From contig NC_007335.2 of NCBI RefSeq assembly GCF_000012465.1, positions 1,410,001 through 1,442,000 on the forward strand: a stretch of DNA of 32,000 nucleotides, read 5' to 3'. Under the pieces are notes generated by a model that was not told where the DNA came from, did not search any database, and saw nothing but the letters and a program-made list of their open reading frames with translations. The first letter of the stretch is position 1. Every line of letters starts with the position of its first letter. The stretch comes from Prochlorococcus marinus str. NATL2A. GTDB lineage: Bacteria; Cyanobacteriota; Cyanobacteriia; PCC-6307; Cyanobiaceae. The position numbers and the translations under genes are program-made. Shown in pieces: positions 27,874 to 32,000 of the stretch.

Positions 27874-27953
27874 ATTGATTTTAAAAACTTTAAACGTCTT
27901 GATTGAAGATATAAAGTCAAAGAATCCAATATCACATTGAACCTAATAAACTC

Positions 27954-27990
27954 ATAATTGCCGAACTTAGTTTAAAAGTTCAGCAATTAT
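27954..27990 (-). terminator. Long hairpin immediately downstream of the three-gene hli operon (candidate terminator)
   Basis: ATAATTGCCGAACTT (27954..27968) pairs with AAGTTCAGCAATTAT (27976..27990). This gives a 15-bp stem with one mismatch and a 7-nt loop. It begins 18 nt beyond the hli stop at 28008. The flanks are T/A-rich on both strands. Confidence 0.55.
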
Positions 27991-28007
27991 GAGTATCTTT
28001 TTATTGG

Positions 28008-28154
28008 TTACACAAAACCAGGGATGATTTGACCTGTGGTCGCATATGCCCCAACCAAAGCAATACAACCAAATAATGCTGCATAGCCGTTAAGCCTTTC
28101 TGCGGTAACCTTTTCAGGATCAATTTTTCTTGTATTGTTCTTTTGAGTAGACAT
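28008..28154 (-). CDS. hli: High-light-inducible protein (HLIP/one-helix CAB-like), 48 aa
   Basis: Not in the track; translated by hand as MSTQKNNTRKIDPEKVTAERLNGYAALFGCIALVGAYATTGQIIPGFV. It has the HLIP helix and the C-terminal TTGQIIPG signature. Its ATG overlaps the stop of the preceding hli (TAATG). Confidence 0.8.
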   Translation of the reverse strand: MSTQKNNTRKIDPEKVTAERLNGYAALFGCIALVGAYATTGQIIPGFV

Positions 28155-28273
28155 TACACAACTCCGGGTATTAGTTGGCCAGTTGTTAGATAGATACCTG
28201 TTAGAAGAACGAAAGCCATCATTGCTGGCCTTCCGATACTTCTTTCAAGAATTGTTTTGTTAGAAGGTTGCAT
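28154..28273 (-). CDS. hli: Divergent high-light-inducible protein, 39 aa
   Basis: Not in the track. It reads MQPSNKTILERSIGRPAMMAFVLLTGIYLTTGQLIPGVV. GRPAMMAF and TTGQLIPG are HLIP-like. The Asn of the ExxNGR chlorophyll-binding motif is replaced by Ile. Confidence 0.6.
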   Translation of the reverse strand: MQPSNKTILERSIGRPAMMAFVLLTGIYLTTGQLIPGVV

Positions 28274-28283
28274 AATTAAAAAT

Positions 28284-28391
28284 TTAGAAGATGCCAGGGA
28301 TTATTTGTCCTGTTGTTGCATATGCGCCAAAGGCTGCAACGAAACCAAGCATTGCTGCCCAACCGTTAAACTTTTCTGCTTCAGGTGTCAT
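28284..28391 (-). CDS. hli: High-light-inducible protein, 35 aa (minimal form)
   Basis: Not in the track. MTPEAEKFNGWAAMLGFVAAFGAYATTGQIIPGIF is a textbook short picocyanobacterial Hli sequence. It lies 10 nt upstream of the next hli. Confidence 0.88.
   Translation of the reverse strand: MTPEAEKFNGWAAMLGFVAAFGAYATTGQIIPGIF
28303..28330. repeat. 28-nt exact repeat shared by two hli paralogs (second copy at 30720..30747)
   Basis: ATTTGTCCTGTTGTTGCATATGCGCCAA occurs identically at 28303..28330 and 30720..30747. Both copies encode the ...GAYATTGQI... part of the Hli helix on the minus strand. Flanking codons differ. Confidence 0.85.
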
Positions 28392-28409
28392 TTGAAAGTG
28401 GGAGGTATT

Positions 28410-28427
28410 TATGTAAAGGAATGTAAC
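28410..28427 (-). promoter_or_regulatory. HLR1 element (RpaB-type direct repeat) upstream of the hli operon
   Basis: The minus strand reads GTTACATT-CC-TTTACATA. This matches the HLR1 consensus (G/T)TTACA(T/A)(T/A)-N2-(G/T)TTACA(T/A)(T/A) at every position. It ends 18 nt upstream of the hli ATG at 28391. Confidence 0.75.
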
Positions 28428-28587
28428 GGAGCTGCGCCTGTGGTTGGTGGTGGGCAACCGAACATACTAGTAAAAATGATCAAAACCATTAGAAAAATCT
28501 ATATAAAAAACGAAACTTTAATCAATACCTTTTCTTTGAAACACTTGTTAAATTCTTATAATTAGAAAAATCAAATGAGAAAAGAAA

Positions 28588-28866
28588 TTGTATGACCCCT
28601 CGATTGGACAGGAATCACTCACTACAGTTGATGTTGTAGGAGTCCTTGTCGGACATGTCCTTTTTGGCGTTGCCGCCACACTTTTAATTGATTGGAGTTG
28701 GATTCCCTTAAGTCCTCAACAAAAAGAAAGTGGCCGATCACTTAAAGAAATCAAAAGAAGCTGGGGTTGGGATGAAGAAAGTGATATCAAGGATGAGTCA
28801 CTAAGCTCAGAAAATAGAACATCCTCAGTTGAAGAAAATAACGAATCATCATTTAATCGCCAATAA
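28588..28866 (+). CDS. Hypothetical protein (92 aa), one TM helix plus Ser/Glu-rich tail
   Basis: TTG start with no ATG available. The TM segment is VVGVLVGHVLFGVAATLLI. A perfect TATAAT lies at 28557..28562, about 26 nt upstream. It is divergent from the hli operon. Support is weak. Confidence 0.3.
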   Translation: MYDPSIGQESLTTVDVVGVLVGHVLFGVAATLLIDWSWIPLSPQQKESGRSLKEIKRSWGWDEESDIKDESLSSENRTSSVEENNESSFNRQ

Positions 28867-29181
28867 AGTCAAATAATTTGCTGTGATACGTGTCATATAA
28901 TCTGATAATTTTCGGAGGATATGTTAATAATGTCTAGCAATAGTTTTTCAACTTAGTGGAAACTTTTGCGTGATAGCCATTTCTTGCATGGTCTTCGCTA
29001 TCAAAACTAATACCCTTAAATAAAATGCAATTAAATATTATTTCTTGGAAAGTAATTTAACTGTGTTTATTTCTCAATACAATCGCTATAGATAACTATA
29101 AATAATTGTGTTTCGTAAATATATTTTTAATAAGTTAATTAAAATCTTTAATTGACTAAAATAAGTCATAAACTAAGTTTT

Positions 29182-29856
29182 ATGCTAACCAAGGAAATGA
29201 CAGGAAAAGATTGTACGCATTTATTTAAGTCTGCCTATGAAAATCGCTACACATGGGAATCAAATTTTTCAGGTTACGAAGGTAGATGTTCTTGGACAGA
29301 TGGCGAAAGAGAAGTAGAAGGAAGCTTTTGCTTAGGACAAGATTTAAAAGCCACTGTTAAAGGAATAGATGACGAAAAAATACACAAAGCCATTTCTTCA
29401 CAACTTTGGGAAGTTGCTATTCATAGAGTCAGAAGATCATTTGAACAAACACATGGTAAAAATACCTTTACTTTTGGAGATACAAATGAAATTGGCTCAG
29501 AAGTTATAGTTGGAGGGAAAAACGAAGGTGACAAATACAGGGTCAAAAACGATGTTGTTACGATGGTTTATAGGCATATTCATGGAAATCTAATAATCAT
29601 CCTCACTAAGGATGTGACTCATACTGGTAATGGCTACTTAAGCAAGAGTTATTCCAGTCAATATCTTGATCCAATTTCAAAAAAAGATCTAAAGGGAAAA
29701 AGCTTTTACGAAGATGCTTTTATACCTTTATTCAAAGGTGGTCCTTGGGTTTTATCCTCTAGATCCATATATCAAGAAGCCTCAGAAGGTTCAATAATGA
29801 ATAAACAAGTATTTTCTTTTTCGGAGTTAACAAGTATTAATTCTAAGCAAGATTAG
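29182..29856 (+). CDS. DUF3386-like conserved cyanobacterial protein
   Basis: LFKSAYENRYTW...FSGYEG...QLWEVAIHRVRRSFEQTHGKNTFTFGD...GDKYRVKNDVVTMVYRHIHG matches my recollection of the DUF3386 family found in cyanobacteria and plastid lineages. I prefer the ATG at 29182 over the track TTG at 29152. Confidence 0.55.
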   Translation: MLTKEMTGKDCTHLFKSAYENRYTWESNFSGYEGRCSWTDGEREVEGSFCLGQDLKATVKGIDDEKIHKAISSQLWEVAIHRVRRSFEQTHGKNTFTFGDTNEIGSEVIVGGKNEGDKYRVKNDVVTMVYRHIHGNLIIILTKDVTHTGNGYLSKSYSSQYLDPISKKDLKGKSFYEDAFIPLFKGGPWVLSSRSIYQEASEGSIMNKQVFSFSELTSINSKQD

Positions 29857-29974
29857 TCTCCAAAACATTAGCTAAGCTCATGATTTATGTAAGGATATCT
29901 GCTTAGGTGAAAACTGGGATTTATAAATTAACTATTTTCGATTATGAATGATTTGTAGGAAAGGGGGTTTACAA

Positions 29975-30517
29975 ATGCTTCTTCATTTTGTTCCTATTAA
30001 TGTTTTTCGTGAAACACCACAAGTATCTTTTTTTGATGCAGGCGTAAATGGATCAAATGGTGCTGATGTTGTCATCCATCACAAAAACGCCATATCTCCT
30101 CCTGATGACGGCAATTTTGAGCAGTATTACATCCATAATCATCAAGTTGATCACAATTTAGTGATTGAAGGGAGCCGAAAATTTACTCTTATTAATCCCA
30201 AATGGGATGAGCCGCATCATGTAATTTTTTTAAATAGAGCAATGGGCGCACTGCAAATACCAATTGGAACTTATCACCGATCAGAATCAGGGAAAGAAGG
30301 AAGTATTGTTTTGAATCAAGCAACTAGAGATGATATGTTTGATCAAAGAAAAGAATTCTCACCTGTTAGCCTCAGATCAAACAAACAATTAAGAAAGGCT
30401 AGACAGGCTCATCCCGTCTACTGGATTTGGGAAGAAGAAAGAATAAAAAGAGTAAAACTAGATTGCAAAGGGTACTCCAAGAACATTAAGTTAGAGCCTT
30501 TAAAAACTGCGCATTAA
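29975..30517 (+). CDS. Cupin-fold (RmlC-like) protein, function unknown
   Basis: The beta-rich core has His-containing strands (YYIHNHQVDHNLVIEGSRKFTLINP...HHVIFLN...ALQIPIGTYHRS...GSIVLNQA), typical of cupins. I prefer the ATG at 29975, which is preceded by AAGGGGG. The track ATG at 29948 is an alternative. Confidence 0.45.
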   Translation: MLLHFVPINVFRETPQVSFFDAGVNGSNGADVVIHHKNAISPPDDGNFEQYYIHNHQVDHNLVIEGSRKFTLINPKWDEPHHVIFLNRAMGALQIPIGTYHRSESGKEGSIVLNQATRDDMFDQRKEFSPVSLRSNKQLRKARQAHPVYWIWEEERIKRVKLDCKGYSKNIKLEPLKTAH

Positions 30518-30685
30518 TACATGCAATATTTCATATTATATTATAGTTAAAAAAATTAAAGTATTATACCAACTAAAATCAGACATAATGATAGAAAATC
30601 ACAACATATTATAGACGTATAAATAAGACATGATTAATAGTTTACTATAGAGGCACTATAAACATATGAAAAAATTAACAGTGAA

Positions 30686-30865
30686 TTAAATTAAAGGTGA
30701 TTTAAAAAAGCCAGGAATAATTTGTCCTGTTGTTGCATATGCGCCAACAAGAGAAGTTATACCAATCATTACCCAACGACCGTTAAATAACTCAGCGGAC
30801 GCTGGACTGAACTCATTAACTACGTTGATATAGTTACCAGATTTGGAGGATGATTCTGAATTCAA
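30686..30865 (-). CDS. hli: High-light-inducible protein, 59 aa, with short C-terminal extension
   Basis: The sequence is (M)NSESSSKSGNYINVVNEFSPASAELFNGRWVMIGITSLVGAYATTGQIIPGFFKSPLI. The ELFNGRWVMIG and TTGQIIPG motifs are intact. I start it at the TTG at 30865, which overlaps the upstream hli stop (TTGA). The track's 83-aa version runs through the upstream gene in another frame. Confidence 0.75.
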   Translation of the reverse strand: MNSESSSKSGNYINVVNEFSPASAELFNGRWVMIGITSLVGAYATTGQIIPGFFKSPLI

Positions 30866-31062
30866 AAGATACCTGGGATGATTTGTCCTGTTGTGACGTA
30901 TGCACCTAGAAGGCTGATCATTCCAATCATTGCCCAACGTCCATTAGTTTTCTCAGCTTCCTTTGGATAGCTTGTATAGTTTTCCACCAACTGTGGAGGA
31001 GTTTCACGAGCAAATATATTTTGCTTGCCGTATTCAGTAATTACCTGAGAAGAAGATGACAT
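30862..31062 (-). CDS. hli: High-light-inducible protein, 66 aa
   Basis: MSSSSQVITEYGKQNIFARETPPQLVENYTSYPKEAEKTNGRWAMIGMISLLGAYVTTGQIIPGIF carries the full ExxNGRxAMxG motif and the TTGQIIPG tail. Confidence 0.88.
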   Translation of the reverse strand: MSSSSQVITEYGKQNIFARETPPQLVENYTSYPKEAEKTNGRWAMIGMISLLGAYVTTGQIIPGIF

Positions 31063-31311
31063 GTACTGATTGACTTTTAAACTAAGTTAAGTGCTTTGTT
31101 GTGCGATACAAAGATACGGTCGAGTTCGGCTTACACGTCTTTCAAAATTTGGAAAGGGATAAAGTTATGCCCAAGCAGTAATGCCTGAATTGCAATCAAA
31201 GACTTTAGAGAAAAACAAACTGGCAATGATCACAATTGCCTACAGGACACATAGCTTCTTGTGACACCAGTGTGCCTCACTTGAGAAGATCTCGCAGCTA
31301 GAAGTTAGATG

Positions 31312-31470
31312 TCATGAACCTTCTAAAATTGAGAATTGATAGCTATCCCTAGTGGAATAAGCCATCCCATCCCCATCATTATCATCATCATCAAAGCTAG
31401 AAATTAAAATTCGAATTCCTAGCAACGCAAGAAATCCTGAGACAAAAACTACTATTAATTGAGTGTGCAT
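31312..31470 (-). CDS. Small protein (52 aa): one TM helix followed by a poly-acidic tail
   Basis: From the ATG at 31470 it reads MHTQLIVVFVSGFLALLGIRILISSFDDDDNDGDGMAYSTRDSYQFSILEGS. The track start (TTG at 31512) adds 14 residues. No family recognised. Confidence 0.35.
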   Translation of the reverse strand: MHTQLIVVFVSGFLALLGIRILISSFDDDDNDGDGMAYSTRDSYQFSILEGS

Positions 31471-31580
31471 TATTTCTTCAAATTTTAATGATAAAAATAT
31501 TTCTAACCACAAAAAGGTAGTAATTCACGCAAAGACACCATCAGAGAACTAGATCAATGCTTCTCAAGCTCAACAAGGAT

Positions 31581-31685
31581 TTATTGTTTAGTTGCTTTTT
31601 TGAGTGTTTTTGAAGTCCTATTGTTCTTTTTAGCCAGATCAGCCTTGCTTGGATTAGGGATACTGAATTGAGTAAGTAATTTCAT
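31581..31685 (-). CDS. Possible very small basic protein (34 aa)
   Basis: The hand-found ATG...TAA ORF is MKLLTQFSIPNPSKADLAKKNNRTSKTLKKATKQ. The only support is that the frame is open. Confidence 0.2.
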   Translation of the reverse strand: MKLLTQFSIPNPSKADLAKKNNRTSKTLKKATKQ

Positions 31686-32000
31686 GAACATTTTGAGAAA
31701 TTAAAGAATATTCAAAACTTATAAATAACTAATCATTTTCAACTTGAAACTCTTTCAATGAGTCTCCGTAATAACTCATAGCGAATTGAAGTAAAACCCA
31801 GTTCACAGCTCTAGACATTGTGACCTCGAAATGAATTCAACTTAAAGATGGCTTATGTTTCAAAGCCTTGCCATGAGTAATTATTATTTTTAAAGGATTT
31901 AAAAAATTCGTTGCTATTTAAAAATCAAATCTGTCATCACTCATAGTTCTAAGTAGAAGTAACGATAAGTAATTATTCATAGCATTTGTGCATTTTAAAT

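Noticed and set aside
27077-27935. Minus-strand ORFs 27077..27262 (61 aa) and 27681..27935 (84 aa)
   Set aside because: The first overlaps the signal-peptide region of the MliC-like gene. The second reads straight through the strong terminator hairpin at 27845..27873 and overlaps the 64-aa plus-strand ORF. Both are Lys/Ile/Tyr-rich chance-type translations.
28257-28565. 102-aa plus-strand ORF in the track (MLEGCIIKNLEDARDYLSCCCICAKGC...)
   Set aside because: It runs antisense across two clearly recognisable hli genes and the HLR1/promoter region. It starts at a TTG. Its Cys-rich sequence is simply the reverse-frame reading of the Hli helix codons.
30866-30937. N-terminal 24 residues of the 83-aa track ORF 30686..30937 (MGNDWNDQPSRCIRHNRTNHPRYL...)
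   Set aside because: This part overlaps the conserved C-terminal helix of the upstream hli gene in another frame. The HLIP homology begins only after the upstream stop, so I start the gene at the TTG at 30865.
31130-31147. HLR1-like sequence CTTACACG-TC-TTTCAAAA upstream of the second hli pair
   Set aside because: About five of the 16 consensus positions mismatch, and it is in the opposite orientation. This is too weak to call, so it is mentioned only as context in a finding.

Overview
The window looks like a chromosomal segment from a marine picocyanobacterium, most likely Prochlorococcus. The DNA is visibly AT-rich (not computed). It carries kaiC and kaiB with no kaiA, an nblS/hik33-type sensor kinase, and five very short high-light-inducible (hli) genes. 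Strain or ecotype cannot be assigned without a database search.

Positions 1 to about 22.3 kb are tightly packed core genes. In order they are lpxC (partial), an Omp85/BamA gene, purC, purD, nblS, kaiC, kaiB, rplU-rpmA, a SAM methyltransferase, truB, a SpoIID-like gene and rnz. These are followed by a lumenal pentapeptide-repeat gene, petF, prmA, serA, an S4-domain gene, tRNA-Val(GAC) and murD.

From about 22.3 kb to the end the character changes. ORFs are short and lineage-restricted, orientations are mixed, AT-rich spacers reach 250-500 bp, and stress-type genes appear (DoxX, OsmC, a GAF sensor, hli). This resembles the hypervariable islands described for Prochlorococcus. I see no integrase, transposase, IS element, CRISPR array or recognisable defence genes.

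The ORF track misses several real features. It lacks lpxC, the tRNA and four of the five hli genes. The fifth, at 30686..30865, appears only as an over-extended 83-aa ORF, while a spurious 102-aa antisense ORF covers the first hli cluster.

I did not find a convincing novel multi-gene system. The best leads are:
- a GAF sensor fused to an uncharacterised CxxC...HGxCxxC C-terminal module
- a cassette of three small genes (Nif11-like, DUF2958-like, very acidic 81 aa)
- a perfect HLR1 (RpaB-type) element 18 nt upstream of a translationally coupled three-gene hli operon
- a Cys-rich ORF with a duplicated PCCRL motif next to petF
- an OsmC gene whose conserved N-terminus has no canonical start codon

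All family calls come from reading motifs by eye. No searches were run.
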